From: Balanoglossus misakiensis
Taxonomy: Eukaryota; Animalia; Hemichordata
Reading direction: 5' to 3'
Assembly: GCA_040954595.2 (NCBI GenBank)
Contig: CM082581.2
Span: 10,477,099 to 10,541,098, forward strand
Length of the DNA: 64,000 bases
Position numbers and translations under genes: made by a program. Below, piece after piece: positions 31,471-47,000 of the stretch. The stretch's first letter is position 1. Each line of letters starts with the position of its first letter. Below the pieces are notes generated by a model. That model did no database searches and was not told where the DNA came from. It worked only from the letters and a program-made list of their open reading frames with translations.

Positions 31471-34400
31471 ACCTGTCAGTATGGTACAAACCAGTACAGT
31501 TTCCCTACTGTGATCAGGGATTTGCTGAGACAGGTTTCACTACACTAGTAAATGGGACAGTATTTGAAATTGTGATTTCGTGGGTTCTTGTCTATTTTGA
31601 CACCTGAAAATGAAATAATGAGTCTTTTCCAATACGACTCGGGGTTTCACTTCAAAACTGAAGAAAGTATCAATACCGGTGTATTGAAACGTGTCTACGA
31701 TCGAAGGAATGTGAAAATCGATTGGTTTATAGAGGTGTTGTTGAAATTGTTTCCCTAGTGAAAGTGGCCGGGTAGTGTTGAATGGGGAACAAATTTGCCG
31801 TGTAGATTAGGGTATCTCTAACCACTACCTGAGTTCTAGATTTGTGTCTGTTCTGATTTTGAGATAAAGAATGATTTTTAACGATGACCTAGCAGTGCCA
31901 AGTCGTCCTAATTAATGAATACCTTCCAATGTGTAAGAAATGTCCCTCCTGTATATAAACACTGGGGCAATAGGTATGAACGGTATGTAGACCTTAATAG
32001 ATGAGGATGCACCAGTCGTTTCAACTTTGTTTTGGAATCTAACCGCTACAAGACTTTGAAGTGTTGATTGCATTTCTCTGCGGGCAGGTGTAATTTGACT
32101 CGGCGCTCGGTTTGTGAGCTCCTTGGCGATGACAAATGATCTCCCGGAGGCAGGGAAGCCTTTTCATTAGCTAATGAAGCGGCCACAGTGATGAAGTAAC
32201 CATGATGAAAGTCTGTTCGCTGTATGCGAGTTTTGTTCTCGGCCGTTTCTCACTGTCACGATTAGAAAAATTAATGACTTGCGGAGAGAGAGAGAAAAAA
32301 CTCTGGGTAATCTTCTGTACATCTTAGCAAACTGCCAATCACAACCTCAAAGTAGAAGGGAAGCCTTCTACTTCGAATGAGCAGCCCTGGCTAACTGTAA
32401 CTCAACTCAGCAGCTGACTATCTCTTTATAGTATAGGATTACCAAATGTCTTGGGATGCTATCCAAGGCCCTAACCCTAGGTATAGTGAGACTTGTCCCT
32501 ATCCTACTGCATTGATTATTATTGCAGTTATTGAGTGTTGATTGAGGATTGATGGGTGTGATGTTGGTTACTTGCCTGGGTAAATTTGTGTAGGCGTCCC
32601 CATGAGGTCAGTGGACTTGATCGAAGGATACATACATTGTGTTTACCTCTCGTGACCTTCTTTTTGTCGCTCATCCAATTCCGGTGCTGGAGAGGAGGAG
32701 CCTTCCCATTGTTCCTGATCAGCGGTAATTTGTATGTGGAAGCTGTTGAGATGTCAAAGCTCGGTCCAGTGTCTCATAATAATCCCAAACAGGAACGAGT
32801 CTTATCTAATCCCAAGGAAATTAGGGTATTAGTCAGTTGATTGAGAAACTTTAGTCAGCAAATGACTGCAGCTGGACTGATTATGGTTTGTAATCCTTTC
32901 TGGTCCTGTCCTACTAATTTCCTTCTGTGCAGGTTTCCATCATTTATCTTGGAATTTGAAAGTGACTTTGCTAGAAAGCAACAGTTAATGATGGCTGCTG
33001 TTGTGACATGACAAGTCATGTCAACATAAATTTTAGTAAAAAAGCTTCTGAAAGTGCTTTGGGAATTTCCGGTCGTCTTGCACCTGGTCCTGTTCCTTGT
33101 TTTAAAAATAAGGGAAATGTGTCATTTGGAAGACATTGTCACAAGGGATGATTCTGGGGCAGTACCAGGTAGCTTTTCCCTCAAACCATGTGACTGGGTT
33201 CTTTTGTGCTGGGGACCCCTTACTACAGATTTAGTAAAACTCAGAAACTTTATTATGTTTATGCATAGAATATTTATTCAACCTGCAGAATTGTATCGAT
33301 GGATCCGATAAATTGTACAGGGACAGCCACTACAGCCAAAATACAAGTGGACTGCATGCACAGTAAAGAGAAACAACGAACCAACACAAACAAAAAGACT
33401 TGAAACAGTAAAAACATTAGAAAAGACATTCACAGGTGGTTATCATAAGTTTGCCCTACCCGTGCTAAGAAAGATTGTTGACTTCAGCGAGTTCAGTAGT
33501 GGCTATGTTCAGGGAAGTTGGTCGCAGAATGTATCAGTCTTTCCAGTTTCATTGAGAAGATGGTTGTTCTGTGGCCGCACAGGATGTCTGTGATCACACT
33601 TGGTGGAAAACTCCACTGTAGTTTCACCAAACAGGGCCTGGCAGTCAGATTCTGGTAGAGTTACACACACAGTGCCTCAGCAGTGCTACCTGCTGGCTGT
33701 CATGTCAGTCTCTACCCACAAGCATGGGCACACAACCCTTTTATACCATCTTCAAGGTGCATTGCTGAGCATATTTTCAAGAATAATTTATTCAGAATTA
33801 TTGTCCACTGTGCTCCACTGTCTATTGTTTTAGTTTCTCACCAAATTATCATCGCCGAATATTCATGAAGACCAAGTCAGTGGCAAGTGCAGAGATTATG
33901 TAATCCAGGGCTGGTGAATTGTCCATGCAAAGTTACTCCCACTGGTTGTGTGTCATAAATAGCAGAGTTCATTTTGTCAAAGCCGTGGGATGCTAAGATG
34001 TGTAACTGACTGTCTATACCACCTCAGACAAGTAGACGTGCAGCAATTCCTAGCTAAACTTTAACCACCACACAAGACAACACACAACACTATAGACACT
34101 TTGTGACAGACATACATCACTTTCTGAACATGGATTTACTGCATTTGCAGTGTGACATATTCATAGGGTGTGTGTTAAAATTTCAGAGAAATCTGTCTTC
34201 TTGGAACACGTAGTACCCTTTCTTTCTATGGATTTCCAATGTATACTATAGATTGTGAAAGTACACTGTATACACACTGGTTGGGAATTTAACTAGTGCC
34301 ACCCCTCTTTTTTGAATGGATTTGTCTGAGTAGTTTAAGGTTATTTGAGGTCACTTAAAGAAATAAAGCACACCCAAGGACATCATAGAATAGATGGTGT

Positions 34401-37400
34401 TATTGTATATAAAAACAAAGATAGCAGACACATTGTGGTCGCCTCCAATTAAAGCCATGAATTTTCTCTGAATTGTAGTAAGAAACGGGGGTTTTGCCTG
34501 AAGGACTTTCTTGAAGTGGTTTCTTAATACTTTGGACACTCAAGTGTCAAACGTGTCTTTCTCATGCAGATGACATCACACAGTTGGTTGAGATGGTTTT
34601 TTGTGATTCTTTGCAATTGCTAACATTTTCTGTGCTTCCTTTATAGCACAGTAAGTCGTGACCCCCCCCCCCCTTCCCCCAGCATGTTCACGTCATCATG
34701 CCTCTGTTGGATATAAAATACCACCCCTGTCTTTCCCTCACTAATAGCCTTATGAAAGACACCAATTGTGTTACCTGACGCCAGTGCACAAGTACAATAT
34801 GACCCATCAACGTTCCTCACGTTCTTATTTACGTCACCACTTTGCTGAAGCTCTGTAAATGACAGTTCTGTCACCCAACGCCAAAAGAAACAGCAGCTAA
34901 CAGATCAGTCGTTTCATCACTCTTCCCATTCTTCTACCGATAATCCGACTAATGGACCAGGCTCCACCCTCCCCAGTGTAAATGATAAGAATCATTGCTA
35001 AGTAATTTGTCATTTTATGATCTCGTGGTATGATCTGGTTGCATATTCATGTTGATGGTAATTCTCTGCTTTCCATTTCGAGGGATTTGTTAACCCTGGA
35101 ATGGATCGCTGTTTTATGTGGTATTGGAGCTCTCACTCACAAGGGTGGCGTCTGATTGGACCGTTGTTGTCACATGGTTCACTCAATTCTGTCAGATTGC
35201 TTCATTGTTTAGGCTGATGAGGAGCCATTGTGGCATGAACAGGGGAATTCTGGTCCACATATGTTAGTTATAATGAATGTTGAATGACATGATGGTTCTT
35301 GTGTGGAGATGTGTGACAAAATAATTATGGTTGCATTTTTGAGCCAAATTCTCATATGAGCTCCGCCCAGTGTTGTCTCAGTGTTGAAATGTCCCCCTTT
35401 TAAGTTTTCTGTTGCAATTTTGCAAGTTTCTGAACCACATATCTTTGGGATTTATTGGGTTAAACAGTGTCTCATTCTGTCCACATAATGTGCAGACTGC
35501 TCACAGCCGTTCACGCTCTATTCAACTCCCCCATATGGCGATTCATAATTGTGTCAAAATGAAATGTAATTATGTATTATTCCCCCAAAACTGTTCGACA
35601 ATGGGAACACCTTGCAATGACTAAACGCACAAGTGTGCCTAAACCTTGCATTAAATGTACCAGAACCCTGACTCAAAGAGGTAGTTGCACGAAGTACAAT
35701 TGTGAGCCACCTGTCCATGGTCGTGACAGTCACAAATATAAAAGATCTATTTTTCAGCTGTGGCCAACACTTTTCACCTGAACGAAATTTGATCATTCTA
35801 GCGAGATTACAACCTTGAAAGTGAAAGAGATTTCACTTTTTTACCGTGATCATCGGTTCCTTCATGCGTAGATCACAAACGTGAAGAGACAGGGCTCTTG
35901 TTAAGATTCGTTCGTCTGTGTGATGAGGAAAACTGTGAAAATTGCAAAATTGAGATGTACAGACCTAAATTAACATATCACCATATTGTTGTGTAGTTTC
36001 CATCAAATAGTTCTTGGGCTTGGGTAAAGATGACCAGATTATATCCATGAAGTATTTCCTATTTGAAAAGATGTAAAATTAATGACGCGCGACAGAGTTT
36101 GTATGTGTCGTGCTTTTGCAATTCCAAGATTCCTATTAAATTTGCAATATTGTGCTCCAATTTCGTTTATCTACACATTTTGCACAGGACTGAAATGATA
36201 GGTAATGACCACAGGAGAGAATATGCACAATGGGGAAATCAAACAATATGCAAAAGGAAAGTGTACTTAAATAATGACTGGGGTGTTGGGGTAAAAATGG
36301 CATTGTATACAAATTTTTGGTCAAAACTGATCATGTATTGCAAAGTAATAGCAAATCGTATTATTCATTTGTGGCGCATCTTTAAAACATTTTTAGGAGT
36401 ATTCACAATAAAGACATGAAAAATGAGTGCAAGATCTTGAATCTAATATCTCCAAAGCATGTGTTCTCCAACTTTTATGTAATGATGTCATAAATATGGT
36501 GACAATAAGCTCTTAATCCCTCCCGGGGCTTAGGCTTTGTTTTCCATATTTTTTATGAAAATGCATCTCTCCTAAACATCTGGCTCCGGGCTGTAAATTT
36601 TAATGAAAAATGGGTTTGTCCACGGAAAGCCTGCAGGACAGAAGTCGGGGGGTGTACGGCGTTGCAATTTTCCTTCTTCCTGATTGTAATCAAAGACTGC
36701 TGAATATGAAAGTGTTAATTGTTGTAATTCCTCCGCTGTGCGATGAACGGTATTGGATTTTCATCACTGGCGCCAGCTGCCCGCAGGATGCCCCGAGCCA
36801 AACCGACGGCTGATTACAAATAACTCGCAGTCATTATGAATTAATGACGGCATCGATCACAGCTTGATCGACGTAGAGGTTACCCTGAACTTCTACGTAA
36901 AAATAAAATTAATGAAGGCAGATAATCTGTATTAATGAGTTTTTGTGTGTGTCTGATGTTTGGTGGTGGTGAAGAGCTGACCATTTTGTGTGTTTACTGT
37001 ATCAGTCTGGTAAGTTGCAAAAAAGCCTGGCTTGATATTAAGAAAGGGAACAATATGGCTGTCAGGAATTGATGGATGGCGGTGCAAGTCTTGCGAGTGA
37101 GTTATGGGAGTCAAATGTGAGCAGAGTATAACATTAATTATCGGTGATAATAAGCTTATTTACAGTTCTGGATGACCCAAAAACTGCTCACAGAAAGACT
37201 GCAGACTTTGTTACAACATGTATAATGAGGAAAACGCATTAGGGAGAATTTAGTGTTTACTTTTTCCGCAACTATTTTCAGCTGTTTTGGTTTTTCTTGC
37301 AAATATAGTTTGCTGTTTGTGAAACACTTTGACAACAGCTTGCAGTCAGCATGTGTTCAATTTGGATAATTCGTGGCATTGTGTTGTTCGCGATTGCATC

Positions 37401-37866
37401 TATAATTTGTGGAAGTTCCGTGACATTAGACGAGGGCGAGTTCACCACTTCTGAAGCTAGGGATATAAAAGGGTTATTAAAATTTATATGGAAAGTGAAA
37501 AGAAGGGAAATTGATAGCTTGCGAGTTCCGAAAAAACAGGTCAGCCATCTGCAAGGGGTGAAGTACAAGTACAAGGATACATTTCATTGTGAGCGGGTTC
37601 ACAGATGCGAAAAGCATACTAATACTGTTTTTGCTCAGCTGTCGTCAGTGAAGTCAAGTGGCAGATTATTCCATGGAAGCTGAAGATGGTAAGACGTCTT
37701 AAGGATGGTACCACCTGTCATCTGTCTTGTGATTTGTGGAGAAAGGACTTTTCTTCTGTCTGTTGTACTTTTACGATGGTCGTGATGGGGTCAATTCACA
37801 GCAGTTTATATCGCCCAGCTGTGCTGCATGGAATTCTGCATTCCAATGACTTGAACTTGAACACTC

Positions 37867-37950
37867 TAACCCCTAGTTCCCTGTGCAGAGGTCCAACTTA
37901 GCCATAGAAAACAATGGATTTGGACCAAACCATGGTGGTGAAAGGGTTAA
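37867..37950. mobile_element. Short MITE-like element, copy 2 (taaccc...gggttaa)
   Basis: Shares a 43-nt end with 31428-31470. Begins taacccct and ends aagggttaa, forming a short inverted terminus. Confidence 0.55.
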
Positions 37951-40900
37951 GGGACAAAGTCACCTACTTTTGGCGTTTATTTATTTTAGCCATGGAAAAT
38001 TTAACTCCCATAGATTTTGTTATATTTCCATGTTGTCAAGTTGAGGCATGTTTGGCGTGGATGGATGGGTCCCTAATTGTTGTGTGGAATCTTTGTCTTA
38101 TATTGAAATTCATGCGCTATTTGCGAATGGCTTTCTTGGGTGCTGAGTACGGCAGTTGTTAAATGAGACTTTCAAGGGGAGTTATCGGACCTGCCTGTCA
38201 GTGTCTCGTGTCGCTCACAAATCATGTGCCTCCTCTGCGATGACATTGAACTTGGAAAGGATTGCCACAACTAAGCAGGCCAGAAGCTGCTCTCATTTGT
38301 AACATTGTAAATCCTGCCCTTGAACTACGGTAGCTCTTTCTACACCCGAGTCATCGTAATCCATCTCACAAAGATAGCCCTCCTTGGCATGTCATATATC
38401 ATCATAAGGAGCCACAAAGACAAGGTTAGATGGAGATATTGGCCACTTAAGAATTGTACATGCTAGACACACTTAAACGCAACTCCCTACCTTGTCAAAT
38501 CTTCTGGGAATCGGTGTTTGTTTCATGGTCTGTGTGTGGGGGTGTCATTGGGATCAACCAATCCACATTCACCTGTTATTTGTCTGTGATATCAAAAACA
38601 TCCATTTCTTCACGAGACTCATCAAAACCAAAATGAAGAAAACTGAATTTTGAGCAAGAATTTCTGATCGGTGATTCTCGGACAGTTAACAAGTTTGTGG
38701 ACATTAAAAGTGCAAAACCAGTTTGAAATATGAAATAAAACGAGGTAATTGAAGCAGACTTTTGTGATGAAGGAAATTATGCGAGTCTGAACGAGTCGGC
38801 ATCACTGATCGTAAGCTGCCTCCCAGTTTCGCCCGTATTTTATGTCAGAACGAAAAAAAATTTCAATTCTGAAGTCACGATATGCTATCAGTGCCCTGTA
38901 TCTTGTTCTTAGGCTGCTGGATTCAAAGTGTTATCATGGCAACGCAGAAGCTGTTCGATATCAGAGCTTGAAATCACACACTGTCAGGTTTGTCTATGAA
39001 AAAAGGTATCCCACAAGGGTTATGTCAGTTCGCAGTGAGAATGGAATTATGTCTGTATCGTACAATAGATCGTCCCACTTTGTTGTTTTCGTGTCCTAAG
39101 TTTATTTCTGACAAAGAACGCCCTTGAAATCCACCAATTTGTCATGTGATCAAAGATATGTAATCTTCTGTATTGTATGTTTACCTACTGTTTGTGTGAA
39201 CCTAGACATAAACTGAGCCGATATGCCATTGTGGATAATAAATTCATCAGTTCTTGTCTTTAGAATCTCCTGATATGGCCTATCTGACGTGGCAGTCAAA
39301 TATTTCAAACAATGCAACAAGTGAGTTGGTTATAAGAGAAAACTCTTTCATTTGCTGCTTTTGCGGATGTTAACCAAGACTGGCTCTGATTGGCGGCCAG
39401 ATGCGAAATATGATGTATTGACCATGCATCGGCGAATCGGAACGACTGTTCTAGCAGAAATTCAAACATTCCAGGAACATATGTAATTTTGATGCCGAGC
39501 TCTCATTTTTTGCATGCACGCCGCATAATACGAGTATTTGGCCATTCAGGTTCCGCCTTCGCAGCATCAGTGTTCATTGATCCAAAGGTGATTTTCATTC
39601 AACCTTTGTTATCCCTAATTTTCTGATACTCAATTGGTTGAGCTCTTTAATAGTCAATTAGCCGATAAGCGTGGTTCATTAACTGCAAGCTGTCAAGTTG
39701 GCTCAAGTCTTCTGTCATAGACATATCAAGTGTACTCTGACTGCAGATCAGGCCCCTATCACGCTAATTTGCGCCGGTTACAATTCTCGAGAATGAAGTT
39801 TTATCGCCGGCGCTGTCCACATTGATTTTCGCACAGCGGAGTGCTTTCGTTTGTTTGAGATAGGAAATGGCTGTAATGGCTCTATCGTGGTGTTTCGTGT
39901 CAACACCAGCACAACTGACTGTTTGGCAAATATAATCGCGAAGCTTGAATGGGTGGATTGGAAAATTCTGGGGACCGAATAGCAGAGTGATTTGTTTTGT
40001 AGTCGCACTTATTAAAAATACATGTTGATGTCTTGCTTTTCAGTGGATTTATCGGGGGCAGATTTGAGTGCTCGGTTAGAATTTCACTCCGCTTTGTGAT
40101 CAGAGACGGAGCGAGATCTGTTGAAATCTTTACTTACGACAGTCAGCAGTGTTGCCAGATCTTTCCGTTGCCTGGCAGAGGCTTAATCCGGTATCAAAAA
40201 TTTCTGATTCAGTCTTCCTAGCTGCCTGCCAGAAGATGGGATTATAGCAACGTGCACTTGCTTCAAGTTGTTTCTTACATTCTAAGAGCATCCATCCGAC
40301 ATGGCTGTGAGTCATGAAATATTTAGAAATTGTTATGCTCATGAATTTTTATATTTCCGAAGCATACATGTATAGCAGAGGCAAACAGAAACTGAGGAAA
40401 TTTCAAGCTTGTATTTTGCCGATCTGTTTTGCTGTTCTTATCGGCTAGTTTCAGCGGTGTAAGCCTTGGTATTCAAGCTTAGTTTACCCAGCCTAGACCA
40501 CTTGAGACCCATAATCGTGCAATCTTTTGTCAAGAAAATGCATTTCAAGGAAAATAGTTTTAATGGGGTGCACCACTTGGGAGGTTGAGAAGAGATGAGA
40601 TGAATTGAAGTTTTTTTAAATCCAGACTATTAACATGTTGGCTCAGTTACAGTACCGGTTTTGTGTTGGCAGTTTACCTCTTAACATTGCCACGTGAACC
40701 CCAGCACGCAACAAAATCAAACAAGTAGTTGCTAAGCCAAATATTGAAGTTGTTCCTATTCTCTCAAAATACACTGCTTGTCCATTGAAGTGATTCATTT
40801 AGAAACCCTCTCTGTGGGAGACTTACCCCATAGTTTAGAAATTCTGCAGTGCAGATTTATGTACTGTTTCGAAAACACAGTTTTACAACCTTCTGCCCAT

Positions 40901-43900
40901 ATTATCCATAACTGTCACTGACCAAATGGCAATTGGTGATTGGCTGGTGGTTTAGGAGGCAATGCACCCATATGCAAATTACAAAGCAGATCCCCGAATG
41001 ACAGGCTACGTGAGTTGTTGCATACACATGTAAACAATGGAATAAATTCTTAATTGTATCCCAGCGGATGGAAAACAAGTGGTCATAAATCTCTCATAAT
41101 ATGTCCCCAGCCTTGAAATTTAAACCCTCTTATTACCTTGAGTAAAAACGTTTTATTTTCTTTGGGGAGTTCATTGTTAACAAATTATTATGCTGCAACC
41201 ATGTTTTCACTGAAAATACAAATTGCAAAATACAATGGGAAGGATGTTAGTGGTCGGAACGGTCAGTGACATAGATACTTGCCAATAAAAGATTCACCAG
41301 ATATCCCCCCTTTTAGCTTTTAACTCTGCAGTGATTTACTTTTAATGAAATTGAAATAGTCATGGCAACATTAATAATTCAAAAAATGAAGGAATTTGAG
41401 ATCAGAAATGGTTTCAGATGTGATTGATTCGTCTCCATTTTCGGCGTGGTGGCCTTATTAGCAGGGGACCTCTGTGCTGTAGATTCTATTTTTAGCTCCT
41501 ACGCAAAGTAAAGTGACCCCAAGTAGCTTTTCAATTTGTTAGAATCTTGACCAGTGTGTCATTGTCCAGCCTTGCAGGGTCTCCTTTGTCTTGCCCGCCA
41601 GACCATTGCAGTGGCTGAAGTTATTAAACGTTTGCGTCACATTGTGTGTGTGTGTGCTCGTGTGTGTGTGTGCGTGCTTGCATGCACAGGTGAATGAAAT
41701 ACATTTAAAACTCACTTGCGTTTTGCAGAACTGCTTTTTTCTATGTTATAATATTCCCCGCCTGTTGTTTCACTAAATCAACAGCGCAGAACACACTGTA
41801 TATTTTTCAGGATTAAAGTTTACGATATGAATAATTTTTATCCAGACACACACATGTTGCAACAGGTTTTCTCGCCAACCCCAACAATTAGTATACAATA
41901 AAAAGAGGAAGTTTTTTTTTTAGAATGTAAACATTGAATTTGTGAACGAGTTTGAAAATTTTTCTTTAGATCAGGAATTGGGCTTATTTCACAGATAGTT
42001 AAATAGAAAAGTTACATTTCCACAGGAACTGGGAGTTGTAGCTGAGGTCTTTGTCCGGGCATAAAAGACTGTTGTTTGCCATTGTTATTGCGAATTATCT
42101 ACATGTCTGCACTGCAGTTTGCCAACGGAAATAGAACTGATGAAAGATCCTGTACGTTTGTGTTCACATGGCTGGCTCGGGCAGAAGTGCCTAAATATTT
42201 GCAGGATGTAGTGAATGACCGATAAATTACGGGTGACTTTGGCAGCCGTTGATGATGATGATGATGACTCGTCAATGTTTGAGGGTCGTAAATTTCTGCG
42301 GGCTCCTTGGTCTGCCCTGGCACTCGGGCTGCGTGCATTGGGACATGACCTTGAACTAGAGGTCGCGTCCTCGCCTGGCAGTGCACGCTGGCTCCCCTGT
42401 TCAGACTGTAAACAGGAAGGTATGGTCTGGGAGATTTGCTTGTGAGTTGCAATCTGTGGCTAGCTAAGCCAGAGGGGATTTTTATTTGTTTCTGCGCTTG
42501 TGAAATCCGGATTCTGCAGTCAGCGGCTGTGTATTTTTTTAAAACCGTTAAGTTGTCGTATCGATGGTAAGTCCCGTGGTCTTTTTTCTGATACTTGTAC
42601 TAAGCTCAGATACTTCTACTGTCTTTTGGTTTTTATGAGAGTTTTAGTTTCGCCGAGCTCTATGATTCGTAATCTGACATCATCATGTCGAAGAACAAAG
42701 TAAGTGTCAGGTCACAGAATTTTCTGCTTGTGGTGATTGTCAAGTTTGTCAATGTCAGTAACAGTTGTATCACTATCAACCTGGTCATGGTCAAACCAAC
42801 GCGTTTAAAAAAAAATTGATTTCTACTTTTGATCATTTGAAAGATGGGTTAGAAAACAACTGCATTGTAATGCAAATGAACTGTTTGTTGCTGGTAAGTC
42901 CCGCACTTCCATTCGGCGCCACAGCCAGGTTTTATGTATTTTTTCTATTAAAAATAGTACGTGCACAGAAATCGCTACACTGTCTTGTGAAAAATATCTC
43001 AAAATAGAACTTAGTAAAATACTGGGTATCTTGTAGAGAGATATCCAGCCTTGTTTGCATTGTTGCCAACTTCAAAACAGAAAATTGATGCGACGCCTTT
43101 TATTCTACGTGTGACATTCTGTTGGCACACTTCATAGAAGGAAGAGTTACAATTGCTCAAATTGAATTTCAGAAAGAGAGAAAAACGCTGTCGCGCTGTG
43201 ATGTATTAGTTAAATTAAATTAATACAAGCATTAATGAGGCCACTATTTCCTCTTTGGTTTCGCGCCACCATTCTTTTGACAGGCATTGCTGTAAACCAA
43301 CTCGAGTCAATATATATGTCAGTTCGCGTCAACCTTTCATATTAATTTCTCCATGCTGGACCGCAAAAAAAAATGAATTCTGGTAATAACACCGCTGGCT
43401 TTTATTGGCAACTCTGTTGCTTGTCAGCTAATGTATTTGCTGAAGAAAGGATATTTGACAAAAAAAGAATGATAAAATTTCACATTCAGCTGAGTGTGTT
43501 TCTTTTCAATTATCCATCACTGAAATAAGACGTTTAAGTGATGTGATAAAAAAAATCGCTTTTTTTGTCGCGTTTGAAGAAAATGGCATGTGAAGTTGTT
43601 GATGTTAATTGCAGCAATTACGTCCATGCCCATTTTCACAAGATTAAAATTTTGATAATCTGAATGAAATCATTTTCTGTATAGCCCTATTCTAGTGTCC
43701 GATTACTAGTGCATGCTAGCATATTGTTGGAATACTGTCGGTTGACTCTAATACTGTTGTTTTTGTAAAGGTCTCTGTATTCATTGCATGGTTGGTGCAT
43801 TCGATAATTTCCTGTCTGATCTAAAAACATTGATTTTTATCAATCTAGGGCTTCATGAGCTGAAAAAGAATCTGAGCTACTTTCCGTCGTAGTTTTCTCC

Positions 43901-43990
43901 GATATTGGAAAAATCCTGTCAAAAGAATGCAGTGTCATTGGTCTTGTTCAGCGTATCGTCACAAATGGGTTTAAGGTGATAGCAAGTGCA

Positions 43991-44011
43991 TGTGTGTGTG
44001 TGTGTGTGTGT
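43991..44011. repeat. (TG)n microsatellite
   Basis: 10 TG units. Confidence 0.95.
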
Positions 44012-47000
44012 ACCTCTTAAAACAAAAAAATGGCTTTGGAGTAGAATCCACCTGGTCATTATAGCAGCTGAAAATGAACAGTTGCCATGGTTATTCAGTG
44101 GAACTGATTTAAGGACCTGGCTGTGGAAATTATCCTTTGTAGAGATCTAATCCCGTAAGTCATCACAACCATAAGCTGATTTCTGGTTGGTTTGGTTAAT
44201 TGACCTTTACGGCCCACTGAGATATATATCAAATGTATCCGATCCTGGGTCATGATCAGGTAAAGCTTGCCCTTTCAGACAAAGCCACCCGAGCCAGCAG
44301 CGATTTGATATCATCAGTTCAAGTGTACGCAAGATTTGTACACGACAGATTCCAGGACAACCTCAGGTGGGGCGCCATGGCAACAGCTGTCCTTCTTGAG
44401 AAGAGAAATTCAAAACTTCGTCTAATCAGAAGATGGTTCTGTGGCAATATTATTCAAGTTTTAAAACCTGTCCTCCTGGTAATTGACTACATGCAAGTCC
44501 ACGTCATGTAGGCTCTTTATATTCTTAGGCACTTCCCTCGGTGTCGTTTTGTTGATTTTTTCATTAAATTTGAATAAAGGCTACTGTGTCAGACAGTGGT
44601 TCGCCAGAGGGCTTGAAACTTTCATCAAAAATTCATGATTACGTTATTAAAAAAGGGGTGAACAGTGTGAGAAAGATGTTTAATGTGTTATGTGTGTGGT
44701 GGTTGATCTTAGATACCATTGTTTTCGTAAACCGGGACCTGTAACTTGTCAGATTTGCTTCAATCCTTCCAAAAGCCCTGTCCCATAGGCTAACTATTTT
44801 TTCTAAATAATGAATAGGTTGATGTAGCCAATCCGGTTTTCGTTAGGTTTTATTGACATGTTCTGATGCTGCCTACACAGTTGATCTATTCTGTGTTCTG
44901 ATTGGCTGTTCGTTCTTTTTGTCAGACAGGTGTTTTTAGGCAAGTCTTCCTGCAGATTTTGTGTTACTTGGAAAATCTAGATTAAAGTACATGTATAGCT
45001 TGACCCACGGAGTTGAGTATAAAACCAGCCCTGTCGATTTAACACCAGCCCTCCCTACCCAATAGCCAATGGCTGTGCCCTAGGTGAACAAAAATCAACC
45101 ATGGTTTATTACACAATGATGGGAAACAAGGTCTACTTCTTTGGTTGCATTATTTTTGAGGTTCATTCATGCTATTGCCAATTTCTTACCGCTGCATGCT
45201 AGATCATGTTAAGTAGTTTTCTTAATTTGAAATTTGACACGCTTCGTAACACACATTAGCAACAAGCTATCTTGAAGACGGTGGATTATCAAGACTAGAA
45301 GCAAGTTTTTTTTCTCCCCCTACTCGCATCTTCATACCCCTTAACTTCCTAATCTTTGCTCTGTCGTGCCCAGGAAAATTCTCCAGGTGGATTTTTGTTA
45401 CTGAAATGAAATGAGATGTCAAACAATATGAATTTTTGATGCAGGTTTTTAAATTTGAAAATTCATATTTATCATTCTAACATGAAAAGGTGTTTTGGGT
45501 GTCAAAGACTAACCTTGAATTTGTGCAAAGCAGGGATCATTTGTAATTGGATTTCGCTATTTTTACATAATGCCAGTGAAAATACTTTGAATTTTTGCAT
45601 TCCGGCTTGTTATAGCCAGCATAGATCAACATGATTTACGAGTTTTTTACGTGACATGCAAATATGCAAACAACCATCAAATATGACAACCTTCCCAGAA
45701 TAATCACAAGATTCATCAAAACACAAAGCATTTTCTCGTTGCAGGAGGACATGATGTTTATCACTTGGGCTTCACTAAATTTAGAAAACAATTTTCTTTG
45801 TCCAACTTTTGAAACACAAGGAGCCTAATTTGAAAGGGGAAAGCTAAGGAACCTCTTTTCTTTTAATAGAAGAGCTGATACCAGCTTGTTATCAAGGTTG
45901 AAATATGTCTTCTTTGCAAGCATGGCCACATTCCCATGGGATGTTGGGATAGCTTCGCTGATGGGGTTTTGTGCCATTCACAGATGATGGAGTGCTGATA
46001 CTATAAATGTCAGAATATTGAACCACCACCACAAAAAAAAGCACCGCAAAGTTGTCATTTCCTTGGTTATAAGTCACGTAAGAATCTAATAAATTATTAT
46101 AAGGTTTTAAAGATGATTCTGGGACGGAGCAAATGTGTTGGGAGAGAGAGAAGAGCGCGAGAGACCTATTGAGCAGTTGCCACGGCAACATAATTAAGTT
46201 GATCGTCGTCTTCTGCTTACAAATGAAATTAACAGTGGATGTTTAGTGTTTGTGTACCCAAGTGCTTTTCATGTTTTCTCTGACACATATCTCGGTGCGG
46301 TTAATTTGATGGCAAGGTGTTTCTCCCGGCTTGGAATTTGATGAGGCAAGTTAAAACGAAACGCGCTCACTGATTGCAATAGCCAGCAGCTCTCCGAAGG
46401 AGTCTCGGAGCTGATAAAATTTCCCCCTTTCTCAAACAGTGAGATTTTATGTCTCTTATTACGTGAAATTTTCTGCATCTGAAATTTTTTGTGTGTGTAT
46501 TTGGAGAAGTTGATAAACGCCAGGCATATTGACAAAGGCTTTTTTGTAATTTTCACATCCATAGTGGAAACTGCCCATCATAGTAGCCTGTTTGCTTGCT
46601 GATGGATAGAGGTGCTATCTGCAAAATTAGTATTTGAAAAGTACTGTGTATGTTATTAAGTCCAGATTTTAAAGATGCTTACTCAGATGGTGGGAAATAA
46701 ATATATTTGCCCTCAATAAATGAGTTAAGAAACTTACAATCTTGGAAAATTTTTAAAATTTATTTGAACTGCGCTGAGTAAAGAAACTTTATTCCCAATG
46801 GGAGTGTAGTATGATTATTGGCAATGCTGTAGATTGCATTATAATTTGATTTAAACTCGCAGCACATAACGTTATGTAATGGCGTTAATGATAATTAATG
46901 TAATAGCTAGAGAACATTGTAAAATATTGGAAAAACAGAGCTTAACACGATTACATGGAAATGGACAAGAGTATCGCATTAATTGTGGGTGTCCATTTGT

